From Monocercomonoides exilis PA203 (taxonomy: Eukaryota > Protista > Preaxostyla): 64,000 nt of DNA. How positions within the stretch are numbered: position 1 is the first letter of the stretch; every line of letters starts with the position of its first letter. The notes beneath the pieces were generated by a model. The model was not told the origin of the DNA, made no database searches, and saw nothing but the letters and a program-made list of their open reading frames with translations. The stretch spans positions 558,001 through 622,000 of the forward strand of contig LSRY02000009.1 of the NCBI GenBank assembly GCA_001643675.2, in the 5' to 3' direction. The translations under genes were made by a program, and so were the position numbers. Of this stretch, positions 40,111-53,397 are shown piece by piece.

Positions 40111-40989
40111 GGGGAAAATATGTAACTTCAAACTATTTCATTGAAAAACCATACACTTATTATTTGCTTTTTGTGATCAAAAAATATGAAAAAATGGTGA
40201 CATTTTTATTGTGTCTTTTGAAATTAAAAAGTCAACGAAAAGTGCATAATTTTTTAATGAATATGCCTGAAGAATAATATTTTGCACCATGAAAATGAAT
40301 TTTTTCATTGTTTGTTCACAAAAATCTATCGATTGAACTCTCCGATTTATTTCCTATATGATAAACATTTTATCGTTTGTTAGCTATTATTTTGAGTGGA
40401 GGTTCAATTATTCATCACTAAAACAAATGGGACAAAATTCAATCTTTTATGAAAAAGACAACGATCAGTTGAAAACTTTTTCCACTTTCATATCACAACA
40501 AGTCAAACATTCTTGTTTAAAAATGATTAGGAAAAAAAATGAAAAATTTATTCGGAAACTCTGAATAGAACAAAAATCATAAAGCAAAAAATATCATCCA
40601 AAATTTTGAATGAATTTTTTATTTCAATCACTTTCTTGCATTCTACATAAAACCTATTTATCACAACATATTCACTATGAGAAATTTCGAAAAATATTGG
40701 GCTATGATTTTATCTTGACCTTTTTTCTTTGTCAAGGCCCTTTTCTTTTTGCCTTGTCAGCAGCTACACACAAGCTTGTTTACAATACAAAATAACCAGA
40801 ACTGTTTGTTATATAATCATCTAATTATTCAGAAATATTTTTTGATAATTTCATGTTTCACAAAAAGATCGAGGATTATAAAGATTTTATGTTTTGATCA
40901 TTGACTTGCTGCTTTTCAAGTGAATGTTTTTTATTAGAAGTTATAAACTTTCATATCAAAATACTTCGTTTCTTTTTTATAAGTTGAAC

Positions 40990-41403
40990 TTGTTTTAAAC
41001 TTTCTCAACTTGTTTTTTTAACACTTTTTCTCATTTCATACATTTTTTCAAAAAACACGATTTTAAAGACAAATATGAATTTGTTTTGAAATTTATTGAA
41101 ATGATAAATAAACATTATTAAAATAAAACGATTCTTGTATGTTTAAATGATTATTTATCGTGATTGTTTGGTAATATGAAACACAAAAAAATGATATATA
41201 CTTGCTTTTCAGTTAAAATTCTTGAAAAGTTCCTTTTCATTTCAATGCTTAATACAAATAAACGATAAATGAGACTTAATATATTTTTTTCATTTTAATA
41301 AAATTTGACACAAACACTTGTTTATTAAAAAAATCGTGTTTTATACAAAAACAGTGAAATGAGAAAAAAAGGTCAAAAATTAAATTGAAAATGTTGAAAA
41401 CAA
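40990..41403. repeat. Degenerate foldback inverted repeat
   Basis: TTTTTCTCATTTCA / TGAAATGAGAAAAA and AAAACACGATTTT / AAAATCGTGTTTT lie at symmetric positions. Confidence 0.6.
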
Positions 41404-41714
41404 TATAAAATTAAAATATATGAATGTGGAATGCTTATGCTGTGGCTTAAAACGTTCGGTATGAAATATTCGCTTCACATACAGCAAGTCTTTGATCTGG
41501 GTCCAAAAATTATAAAAAATTTAAATAATTTTTTGAATATAAAAATTACATAATTATTTTCGAAAGAATTCTGAAAAACAAAAATATCAAGAAGTCTATT
41601 TAATTTGTTTTTGTTTTTTTCCTTTTCACAAATCAAAAACGTAAAAATAAATTTCAAAAAAAAAAGTTGAGATAAAAATTTGAGGACAAGATATAATATG
41701 CACCGTATAATTCT

Positions 41715-41965
41715 TCAGAAAAATCTTTGTCGAACAAAAGATTTGAGAAGATGATTAAAGAAGAAGAAAAGAATACATATCGTTTGATTGACATTTGCGA
41801 ATGCTAACTCTTGCCCAACAAGTAACTTATGAGGAACATCCTTTTTATTTGCATTCGTTGCCTTTTGAAAGCTATATCTATCAAGAAGAGAAAAGAGGGA
41901 ATGCATTGAGAAGTGAAAATGTTTTAGCAATCAATGAGCAATATTGGGATGATAGAGGTGTGGTT
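41715..41965 (+). pseudogene. Internal remnant of the multicopy helical family (copy 4)
   Basis: AAAAGATTTGAGAAGATGATT...GACATTTGCGAATGCTAA resembles copy 1 (AAAAGATTTGAGGAGATGATT...GACCTTTGCGAATGCTAT); contains stops. Confidence 0.65.
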
Positions 41966-42012
41966 TTTTCATTGTTAAATTTTTTTATTGTTGTTTCCAC
42001 ATTTAACTGATA

Positions 42013-44049
42013 GGGTGGTTTTTTTATCCGGACATTTTTTTTTATCCGGACAAAAATTTTAATTATGAATTATTTCTTCCCACTTTTTGGATATTTTATA
42101 ATATTTATGATATATAAGGAAAAGTCAGTAATTAGAATTTCAGATTAAATTACTATACCTAATCTCTGATGGGGGGGAGATGGGGGGGTTATCTCCTCCA
42201 TCTCTGATTGGTGCCTCCCCTGAGGAGATTAGGTAATAACAACGGGGCTGACTAAGTTAGAATTTAATCGAAAAAAATTTTTTGATTTTTTTTTCATTTC
42301 AAAAAAATTTTTTTAAAAAAATAAAAATTAGATCATTACCGTAATACTTTTGTTATGAGTGTAATCAAAAACAAAACAGAACAAGGGTTGTTAAACATTA
42401 GAAATCAAATGATGTCATTTGGTTATAGGCATATAGAAAATCGTTTGGAACGAATTGCAACAATCGTTTTAGATGGAAAGGCAAGGATAGTGGATGCAGC
42501 CAATCTACATGAATTCAGCCGTTCAGCCATTAACAGAGCAATTACAGCTTTGGAAAATAAAAGAAAAGTCGGCAAAATAGGTCACCCAGAGTTGTTAACA
42601 GACGAAGAAAAGAAAACAGTAGAGGACGTTATTCGTTGTGAAAGTTCAAGCGGAGTGAGCATTTCTGTTTCTCAAATGAAACATTTGGTTTGGTTTTTTA
42701 TTTATTAACAAATTTAATTTTATTGTTATCTTATTTTAGATGGAATCTGTCATTTCTGATAGACAAAAAAATCTATTTGAAGAAGAAAAAGAAGAAGTTG
42801 AAATTTCGAAGTCATCGCCCTACTCATTCATAAAAAGGAATCCACACCTCAAAGTATCTCTTCCAAGAAACGTTGATATTCAACGATTGGCTGTTTCAAA
42901 TAAACAAACCCTCCAGCCTTTCTACGAACTTCTTCAACATCTTCATAATACTCACAAATATTCTTCTTCTTTGATATTTAATACCGACGAATCTTCCCTT
43001 CGCCTCTCCGATTCCACCAAAAAGCTTGTTGTACATCCTTACGATTCACCAGCTGGGTTCAACAAAACACCCATGAACATGCCAAACGCCACGTTGTGCG
43101 CTGCAGCTGCTGCAGATGGTTATTCTTTGAAAAGCATCGTTTTATGGCCTTCTAAAAAGATTCCAGCCGAATTGCGTGTGATGCTCAGCTCAACAATAAA
43201 TATCTAGGAAGATAACGATGGCTGGATGACCGACTCAATATTTAGAAGATACGCAGAAGATGTTCTCCTTCCAGGAATCGTGGAAAGACGAACTCTTTTG
43301 AATAAAGATGAAGAAAGATGCCTTCTTCTATTGGACTCTCATCCATCGAGAGCTCAGCCCGACATTTGGCAAAAATTCGCTGATGCATCCATAGACGTGG
43401 TGACTTTTATCCCCCACAGCACACACCTCACTCAGCCTTTCGACCGTGGAGTATTTGCCGTCTTCAAAAAATGTTTTAACACAAAATATGTCGTTCCTTC
43501 TTCTTCATCTGTCTCTCTTCGAAGAAAAGCAATTGCAGATGCCCTTCCTCAGGCTCTGCAAACAGCATTATTGCCTGAAACAATAATTTCTTCGTTTGTT
43601 AAAAGTGGAGTGTTATCAAACCAATGGCATGCTGTTCTTTCAACGTTGCCTGATGAGCCTTCTGTCACACTGAAGAAAAAGAATCACAGATATGATTTTA
43701 ATGGGTAAATTATTACCGGCCAAGATTTTTTGGATGAATGGAGAAATCAAAAGAAAATGAAAGAAGAAAAGATAAGGGATGATGACGATGAAAAAACTAT
43801 GGAAAAAAAATTATTTGAGGATGAAAAACCAAAGAAAAGGAAAATTCAACGAAAAAAAGTTTTTTTAGATGATAATTCTGGAGATGAAAGAAAACAAGAA
43901 AATTCCAGAAAAATAGTCAAGAGAGAGTTGATTGACTATATTTATTAATAGTGTCCTTTTTTTTAAAAAACAAACATGCTTTCGTGAAATAAAAATTTTT
44001 TTATTTTTTCATTCCCATATAAAAAAATATCCGGATAAAAAAACCACCC
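42013..44049 (+). mobile_element. Pogo/Tc1-mariner superfamily DNA transposon with TIRs and TA target duplication
   Basis: TA|GGGTGGTTTTTTTATCCGGA ... TCCGGATAAAAAAACCACCC|TA enclosing a DDE transposase. Confidence 0.92.
42355..43948 (+). pseudogene. Pogo-like (DDE_1/CENP-B-type) transposase with one intron and two nonsense codons
   Basis: HTH-like N-terminus; intron 42688-42739; motifs IFNTDESS, GWMT, LLLLDSHPS and STHLTQPFDRGVF; in-frame TAG 43205-43207 and TAA 43706-43708. Confidence 0.9.
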
Positions 44050-44841
44050 TAAATAATTTTTTTTGAAAATTCATTAGACAACAATTAAAAGACATTTTTA
44101 GGTTTTTAATTTCGAATATTATTGCTATTTGCAATTGTTATGGTTAAAAATAACTCAATTTTAGTATTTTAATGAAGTTTGAAAAAAGCCTCGTAAAACT
44201 TAAGATTTGAATTAAAAACCGTTCAATACTTTTCAGTTTTGATCAATTGGTTATTATAAACCGAATACATTTATAATATCTTAACATTGCATTTTTTAGC
44301 TATTTATTCATGGATTTAACGAAAAAATCGGGTAACCTTAAAGCAGCATCTTGCCGGGAAAATGTTCAAAACAATGATTAAAAATAAATTTCATCAATTT
44401 TCAATTATCCAAATACAAGAAATTTGGACAATATCAATTAAAACTCAATAAAAGGAATTTTATTTAAATCAATTAATCCAAATGACTTGATTCAAAGATT
44501 CATTTTTTATTCCAACAAATTGAAATTCAAAATAAACAATTTTGAATTTAGACGAACATATTCCAAAAAGTTTGATTTTTAAAATTCAAGCAGAACAGTT
44601 GTTATATTATTTCAGTCATCCTCATTTCCTCGAGTTTTTTAATTCATTATTTTTTCTGTTTCAAAATTCATGAGCAAAAATGAAACTTCAAATCAAGACT
44701 AAATCGCCATATTTTGTTATTATTAAAAACATAAAACAACACAAAATGCTGCGGCGAAAGCCACAATAAATAATTTTATACGTTATTTAAAAATGATATA
44801 ATTCATGATTCAAAAATTTTTTGCTTTTTGTATTTTGCTAA

Positions 44842-45159
44842 TTATGCTCCAAATCCATAAAGCGTTCTTCCTTGGCGTTTAAGCGAGTAGACAATATCCA
44901 TGGCGGTAACTGTCTTTCTTCTGGCATGTTCGGTGTATGTCACAGCATCGCGAATGATTCCTTCAAGGAACATTTTCAAGATAATTCTTGTTTCATCATA
45001 GATAAGGTTGGAGATTCTTTTCACTCCTCCTCTGCGGGCAAGACGGCGGATGGCTGGTTTTGTAATTCCTTGGATGTTATCACGAAGCTTGCGATATCCC
45101 TTTGCTCCAGTTTTTCCAATACCTTTTCCTCCTTTTCCACCTTTTCCACGTCCAGACAT
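44842..45159 (-). CDS. H4: Histone H4
   Basis: [10 protein letters not shown]...[26 protein letters not shown]...[15 protein letters not shown]...[12 protein letters not shown]; intronless, ends TAA. Confidence 0.98.
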   Translation of the reverse strand: MSGRGKGGKGGKGIGKTGAKGYRKLRDNIQGITKPAIRRLARRGGVKRISNLIYDETRIILKMFLEGIIRDAVTYTEHARRKTVTAMDIVYSLKRQGRTLYGFGA

Positions 45160-46022
45160 ATTTACAATATTATTAACTTTAAAGATTAAATTGAATAAAA
45201 TATTTTCGATTTGCTTTTATATCTCAATTAATGAAACCATATTTATAAAAACGGACATGAACCATAAATTATTATTTTTTTAATTATTTTTATTTTTTTC
45301 AACAATTTTTTTCACCTTTGAGTTTATTTTGATAAATTTGAATACATACCTATTTTTCATATTCGTGCAAAGATGTTTTAAAATTTAAATTTTTGCCTTC
45401 TTAAAGTTGTGAAAAATTATCAATAGACACTTATTTCAAGAACATTCGCATTTCACATAAAAATGCCATCAAATAATAATAAAGTTTGACATAGATAAAT
45501 CGTCATAAATTGTGTAGGTCAACTCAATTTTATTAAAATATAAATTCAATGCGAATCAAAATTTCGAAAAAAAAAGATGCTTCAAATCAATCGATCACAA
45601 AGTCATTAAACAAACGCATCTCAGAAAATAAAAAGAACACAAACAAATATCATCGGATGAAATAAAATAAAATTTCGAATAAACATTAAGAATAAGAAAT
45701 ACCTTCAAACAAGATCTATTTCACAAATATTGATCAAAGCAAATAATTTTAAACTTTACTTTTTCAATAAACAAAATATAGCACGAAGGAAAATGAATGA
45801 AATCAGGCAAAAATATGGAAATTACGTTAAAGTTGCATTGTTTTACATATTATTGTTATTTTTTATTTATTTATTTATTTATTTATTGAAAGCAAGCTTG
45901 AAACTTGATGCAACATTTGAAAGGCGCATAAAACTTGTCTTTGAAATTCATTTTCTTTTCTTCTTCTTCTTCTTCTTTCTCTTCCTCTTCCTCTTCTTCC
46001 TCTTCTTCTTTCTTCTTCTTCT

Positions 46023-48127
46023 TCATCCCACAATCCCCACATTCTCCAGCAGCTGATACAGAACTTTCGCTTCTTTCCTCACAAACTCATCACAATGGGA
46101 AAATAACAAGAAAATTGCCTCAATCAAACCAAAAGAACGAAATTCGCTTTGAAGAAACAGAAATATCTTGTTCTCCATTGCATCGTTCATTCGATTTTTT
46201 CGTTTGTCGCATTTTTGGATTTTGCGGGGTTTATTTTTCTCTTTTGTTTCTTTCTTTTTATTTGTTTTATTTTTTTCTTCTTCTTTGTCTTTCTCATCTT
46301 TTTCTTCCTTCTCCTCTTTTTTCTCTTCTTTTTCCCCTTTCTCTTTCTCTTCTCTTTCCTCTCTCTCTTCCTCTCTCTCTTCCTCTCTCTCTTCCTCTTC
46401 TTCTTTCTCCTCCTCTTCCCTCTCCTCTTCCCTCTCCTCTTCCTTCTCCTCTTCCTTCTCCTCCTCTCTCTCCTCTTCTTCCTTCGCAGCAGGTATTTCA
46501 ATCAGTGAAAGCTTCACAATTCTGCAAATGTCTGTCAAAATGCGCCGAATCACGTTTTTGTCACTCGAAACAGAAAGAGAATGGATGTATGTGTCAAATA
46601 CAAGAGACACGGGAGAGAAGGAGGAAGAGGAAGAAGAGGGAGGAGAAGAGGAGGAAGAAGAGGAGCAGGAGGAAGAGGAAGAAGAGGAAGAGGAGGGAGA
46701 AGAGGAGGAGGAAGAGGAAGAGAGAGAGGGAGAGGAGGAGGTAGAAGAAGATGAAGAGGATGCTGATGCAGATTCTGAGAAAGAAGAAGGAGGAGAAAGA
46801 GAAGAAGAATATGAGGAAGAATGAGTAACAACAGAGCATTGCTCATTCATTTTCTCTATCAAATGCGAATCATTCACTTTTGTTGGAGTTAATTTTGTTC
46901 TTCTCATTTTTGCATCATCTTCTTTTTCTTTTTCTCTTTTCTTCTCCATCTCCTCTTCTTTCTTCTCTTTTCCCTCTCCTTCTTCTCCTCCTTCTCCTTC
47001 TCCTCTTTCTCCCTCTCTCTCCTTCTTCCTCATCATCTCCTCCATCGTTGTTTGCCCTGCATTGTACATCAAATTCTGCAGCGCAAACAAACTTGCACTC
47101 CTCTTTTCATTCAGAAGAACCTCTATCTCTTTCCTCTTCTCTATTTTATTCTCTTTTTTATTCTCTTTCTCTTCTTTCTCTTCTTTCTCTTCTTTATTCT
47201 TCTTCCTCTCTTTCTCTTTCTCCTCTTTCTCTTTCTCTTTCTCTTTCTCTTTCTTCTTCATTTCCTTTTCTTTCTCTTTATTCTTTTCTTTTTCTTTACT
47301 TGCTTCAATTCTGATGTTATCTTCGTCTTCATACACTATTTGTGATGAGTTTGTCATCTTTTCTTCTTCTTCTTCTCTTTCTCTTTCTTCTCTTTCTCTT
47401 TCTTCTCTTTCTCTTTCTTCTCTTTCTCTTTCTTCTCTTTCTTCTTCTTCCTCTCTTTGAATTTCATTCACATCATAGCCAATAAAAGCCCACAATTCAT
47501 CAAATCTTAAGAAAAGATACAGAAATAAGAAAAACAGTTTATAAATAAATAAATAAATAAATAAAAATAAAAGAAATAAAATAAAATAAAATAAAATAAA
47601 ATTAAATAAGATTAAATTGGAATAACATCAGAATATTTCATATGAATAAAAAAATATTTCCATTATTTTTTTTTTTTTTATTTTTTATTTTTCATTTTTC
47701 ATTTTTAATTTTCTTTTCTTTTTATTTTCTTTTCTTTTATTTATTTTTATTTATTTATTCATTTCATTTTTCATTCTAAAAAACACAACATAACACAACG
47801 CAATCTAATCCAACTAAACGAAACCAAACTCAATCCCCACAGCCACACTTAGTCTCCACTGCACATTTCTTCAGTGTCTGCAAAAGCTTCTCAATTTTAA
47901 AGAGCTCCTCTGAAATTGCCATCGAATATGCCATGTTCTTAAAGAACTTCAGCAAATTGACATCTGTCTGCAGCTTTTCTATGACAATTGAAAGAGGGGT
48001 GGAAGAATGAGAGAAAAAATTGTTATTGTGATTATTATTGTTGTTGTTATTATCAGAAGAGGAGGAGGAAGAAGTAGAAGAAGATGAAGAAAATGGAGAA
48101 GAAGAAGAGGAGGAGGAGGAAGAAGAG

Positions 48128-48162
<35 letters not shown>

Positions 48163-48163
48163 G

Positions 48164-48198
<35 letters not shown>

Positions 48199-49100
48199 GG
48201 AAGAAGAGGAAGAAGAGGAAGAAGAATCATGAACACAAAATCCCGCTGTTTCTTTGCGCCATTCTTCTGATTTTCCTTCTCTTTCTTCAGATTTATCTGT
48301 TTCATCTTCTTTGTCAACTTTATCAACTTTATCATTTTTGTTGTATTCAACCCACTCAAACACATCCATGTTGATAACGTTGCATATCCTTTCCATCACT
48401 CCCTTGTCTTCAATCAGATCTCGCTTGACTTTATCGTCGTATGACAATCGCCCCAAAAGCCTCGAAAACTCTACAGGAAACAAAGAGGGTTTTTTTAATA
48501 GACACAAAAGAGCGGTTTTATGAACGTTAAGCGAGGATAAATACTCAAAAAAGCCTAAATAATTCGTGAAAATATGAAAATTCTATAAATATGTATAAAT
48601 ATCAAATTAATTTCCACACCAGATGAGTTGGGCAAACAACTAAGAGCAATTACAGCGTCACGGTCAAGATTCGCTTTTCCTGATAATTGATTTAAAATAT
48701 TAACATTCAGCATCTTTGACACTTCGAAAATGCAACTTCCTTCCATTGATTGATCGTTAGAAAGAAGCCCTATAATTTTTGAATACCAAAGTCCTTTCCA
48801 ATCTGCTTCTGGAGCATTTTTCACATATTGCTTCATTGAATCTAAAACATTCGATTTTTCAAAGAAACAATAGACCACATTGTACCAATTCTCCAGGATC
48901 CCTGCTTTTGCATAACATGTTAATATTCTAAGTACGCTTGTTTGAATTTCATGTGAGCCAGATTGGCAAAAATTAAACAATATTTTTAGTCCATCTTCGT
49001 TAATGCAGGAACGCAATTCATGTTCTGAAAGATTTTCAATGCTTTTAATAATATGTTCTTCTTTAAAATTCCAAATATGTTGTGGTTCAAATGTTATCAT
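46023..49100 (-). CDS. Uncharacterised helical-repeat-like protein with Glu/Lys and Ser low-complexity inserts; 3 exons
   Basis: GT-AG introns 48471-48619 and 47505-47848 join ORFs 48555-49100, 47830-48507 and 46023-47495 in frame (SS|EFSRLL; ETK|FDELWAF). Confidence 0.7.
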
Positions 49101-49453
49101 TTGTATGTATTCTCAAATTCATAAAAAAATTTTTTGAAGTTAAAAAGCATGAAATAAATTTCATTTATTAAAAGCAATACAAACCTGAAATTTGATAAGA
49201 TACATTTGCTTTATCATCCATTTTAGACATTTTTAAAATCAAACAATAGTTAAAATATAACCATAATAAATAATTATGGTCTTTAACCATATTTAAAAAA
49301 TAATCTATCTTTGAGTTTTGGATTATCCGTTTTCAAAATAAACATTTTTGTGTTTTAGCTTTGAAAAATTAACAAAATAGTGTTTTTATTCGGAGCTTTT
49401 TTAATGTGACAATTTATGGCTTTTGATCTTAATCAGAGATTGATAAATAGAAT

Positions 49454-49835
49454 ATGGCAGAGTGGGCTCAAGGTACATTTGGATGTTTTGGAGATATTAA
49501 AGCGTGCTGTTTAGGTTTGATAAATATTTCTTATTTGATCATGCTTATTTGTTGATATATTCATGAATTTTTTAGGATACATCACTGCTCCATGCACAAT
49601 TGGAAGCATGGTTGCTCATGTCTATGGAGAAGAATGTGGATTCAAGCATTGCTTAATTGGAATGTTTGTTCCATTTCTTGCTCTTGTGAGATACGAAATC
49701 CGCTTGAAGGAAGGAATTGCTGGTGATGCATGCAGCGATTGTATCCATGTGACTTTCCTTATGCCATGTGGATTTTGCCAAACTGTGAAGCAGTACAAGA
49801 AAGCTGGCTGCCAGTTTAAACCAATTGCTCTCTAA
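49454..49835 (+). CDS. PLAC8-family Cys-rich protein
   Basis: With intron 49515-49575 removed: MAEWAQGTFGCFGDIKACCLGYITAPC...RYEIRLKEGIAGDACSDCIHVTFLMPCGFCQ, the PLAC8 pattern (W..G.F.CF.D...CC...PC; R..IR....I.G..C.DC.....PC..CQ). Confidence 0.9.
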
Positions 49836-52800
49836 TTTTTTAAAAGAGTTAAAATAATTACTTCTGATTTGAAGTAGTTTTCATGATGAATCCATCATAA
49901 TTTTTATTTTTTGTATATTGTATATCCTTTAACAAATCAATAAATGAATACTGGTTAAAAAATTTCTATTTACAATGGGAATTTTCAATCAATCTTTCAA
50001 TTTATTGATTGTTTTAGAATTAATTTTTATTGATCTATTTTGAGCTTTATTTAAGTCCTTCCATTGTTCACCTTCTTCGTATTAATGTATGAGTTCATCA
50101 TTAAGAATCGTGAAGGATATTGAAAAGTTGAGAATATTATTATAATTTGCTTTTATTGAACACCCAAAGAATTGAATTATATCTTTGTTTCTTTGTGTAT
50201 TATTTATTTAAAGATTTAATGAGATTGGCTTGAAATTTGTGTGTTAAAAACCTGTGAATAATGAAATTAATTTTGATATTTGAAAATTTTCATTGTAAGT
50301 TAATCACTCAGAAGTTAAAATGAATGAAATGTGAATAAAAAATCTTTTTTCGAATGATCTGACTTTATTCAAATAAACCCCCTTATAATTGAATGAGAGG
50401 CAGTGAATTTAAATAAACGTCTGCTTTCTCGAATCAACCATGAAAGATTCGAATTAAAAACAAATGGATGTTATAATGGAAATATCACACATGTTTTTGA
50501 TGTTTTTCATGTGTCATTCTCAATTTATAAATTATTAGAAATATGTGATAAACACTTTTTTCATAAAAATCAAAGGAAAAATGTTTTTTGAAGATTTTCA
50601 ATGAAATTTTTCATGAATCGTTTATTTATTAGCATTATTTATCACATATTTTTGAGGTTTTTTATTGAATAATCATTTTTATCAACTTTGATCACAACAT
50701 AAGTTGGAAATTTAAATCCAAAACATTTGTTTTTCCTTTTTTTCGTGATAACAAGTGTCTATGAACAACAACGCGATATCATATGTAAAGAGGAGAGGTT
50801 TTGTTACTGCTTTATTAACGAAAATGCCATGTCTTCTTTGGGACGAACATTGAACAGTTTTGCATCGAAATCACTTTATTTCCTCATTCTGTTTGTTCCA
50901 GCAGTTGTTCCACAAAAAGACACTCGCAGTTACTGGGCATCCACCAACAGAGTCTGGCACATGAGCAGCTTCAGCGAACCTTTCCATTTTGTATTTTGGA
51001 TGAAACGAGGTGAAACAACAAGAAACGAGATGTTTTCATGAATGCTCAAGATTGTGTGCGATTGTTCGAAATACTGGTTGCATATCTCTAAATATGAATT
51101 CTGCCACATGGATTTCATGCACTTTTTTTTTGGACAACAACCGATGCTGTGTTTCATTTTATATTTTTTACAAAACAATGAAGAACAGAATCTCTCGCAA
51201 ACCACATGGAATGAAAATACTCGGAGCATTGTTACATGATCAAGCGTATATCCGATATTTTCTCTTCGATGTCTTTCCCGACTTGAGCTGATGACGATTT
51301 TTTGGTTGCTCGTCACAATTTCTCCGTTGATTTGAACAGAGCGATTTGTTTGCCCTCACATATGAGCGAAATGCTATATTTTATATCATGGATTGAATCT
51401 ATGAAGCTTTTCGCAAGAATTTTTGCAGATTGAGTCTTGATGATTTTTCACTGATCATTTTGAGTAATTCTCCGTTCCCTTCAAAGAAGCCTTGTTGGAG
51501 CCTCAGAACATGATTTTCGACTAGGCATATTATTGTCCTTCCTCAAAGAAATTCTACATATTTCTCCAATGTATTCATTGTTTTTCCACCTATTTAAGAT
51601 TCAATGGAGAAACTATTCCAGAGAAACGATTTGAAAAGACAATAAGACTGCCATTTGCCACTCAATCAATGATGTATTCTTCCCCTGCCATCATTGGTTC
51701 TATTTGATTGCAGCATTTGTTGGAATACGAAGCCATCTTCAACAACATCATCATCATTCTTCACTGATTCACACAAAAAAGTTCTTATAACGAAAATGAA
51801 ATTATTTCTTCGTTGTAGTTTCAATCACATTTCGATGACAGATCAGAAGAAGGCGATTGAGGCAGAGAGATGAATGAAGAGAGTTATTCACCAGTTGTCT
51901 TCTTTATTGAGGAGGAATCAGCAAAGCAATTTGGTTGAAGAAATGAAGATGGGATCAAATGAATATTTGATATTTGCAATGGAAAGGTGAAAATGGCCGA
52001 AGAGATATTCGAATTGATGTTGTTCAAAGGTTTGATTGATTCATTTAATAATTCAATGCTTTTATCTGTTGATTTTTCAACAGGAAAAAAAGGAAAAAAA
52101 GAAGAAAAGCGCAATTTACACGATATTTCAATTCAAAATGGCTAATCTTTTTTATCACAAAGGGAAGAAATGAATTGTTCTAAATAATAGCAGGATTTGG
52201 CGACTGAGCTGCCATGTAAAATGAACGGACTGGGAGGCATTGGAGAAAGGAAAAGGATGATTCAAAGAGCAGCAAGGGAAATGAAAGAATGAATGAAGAA
52301 CAATGAGAGAAATTCGATTGCAAAAATGAAGAAACAGAAAGGCAGATGGAAATGAGGGCTTTTATCGTTCAGTGCAATTTATTTGATGCAATTTCATCCA
52401 CACTCCCTTTCACACAGCACTGGTCGAATGTGCGCAATGGGAGAGGACTGGATGAATGGAAGAAGAGGGGAAGAGGGAAGAGGGAATGAACGAGAAACAT
52501 TTTGCTGAAGGAACAGAGGAACGACTGCTGAATGGAAAGAGGGTATTACCGATTCGATGGGAAAGGAAACCAATTTGAAGCGATTTTTGTTGCTGACACG
52601 GGATTATTGATGAAGAGCGAAACGTGTTTGATGATGCGCATCTTGGGAAATGCAGCAGTGATAATAAATCCAGCACTTCAATTATCATTGTTTCAATTTC
52701 TGTTTAACTGTTCAATTTTTGTCAAATCTATTTTTGTCCTTTATGGAAGCACATACACTTTTGAATACAAATTTAAATCAGTTGTTTGTCATATGTTTTG

Positions 52801-53069
52801 TTTTATCAATAAGAAATATTTTCTTTCATAATAACTTTGCCAATAATTTTTATATCTTTTAAACAAGCTTATAAAATTTATTTTTACGTTCAAACTCCAT
52901 TTTTCAAAGAATTTTAACAAAATATAACATGAAATGAATGCAAATTGTTATTATAAGGTTCAATCCACACTTAAAAGCATCAATGAGAATAAAGAAACTT
53001 GAAATATTTATCGCTTTTTGATCGAAAATCCCACAGCGATATATTTCTCAAATAAAGGCCTCAACAAAT

Positions 53070-53238
53070 GGTATTGGAATAGAAAAATTTTATTGAAATA
53101 AATGTTATAATTCGAATAAAAAGAGTTTATTCAAGATAACACCAGTTTATTCGAAAAAAAAAATTAGATACGATGAGAATAGAAAGGTTTTATTCGAATG
53201 AAAATAACTTATTCCAATAAACAAAGTATATTCGGAAT
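53070..53238. repeat. Degenerate ~19-bp-period array with palindromic core TATT(C/G)(C/G)AATA, left of the DIRS element
   Basis: Cores at about 53072, 53091, 53109, 53128, 53148, 53191, 53210 and 53229. Confidence 0.7.
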
Positions 53239-53397
53239 TCGCAATAAAGCGAATCTGTGAACGCAAGGAGCACGTTTGCTCCATAATAATGAGTATTGAT
53301 CTTGAATTATGGGTGGTTTAAGATCAAACTTCGCTAACGAATTGACTTCTTGTTTACACCATTGTCCGCAGTTGAAATGACGCTAAATCCTGTTAGT

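Noticed and set aside
42355-43948. Programmed readthrough in the transposase
   Set aside because: Two different stops (TAG, TAA), each one substitution from a plausible sense codon, fit ordinary inactivation.
50700-52700. Coding-like composition, possible gene remnants
   Set aside because: No continuous frame or recognisable domain; cannot support a call.
53070-53238. CRISPR-like array (palindromic repeats with variable spacers)
   Set aside because: Repeats of ~10 bp and linkers of ~9 bp are far too short and degenerate; no cas genes; eukaryotic context.
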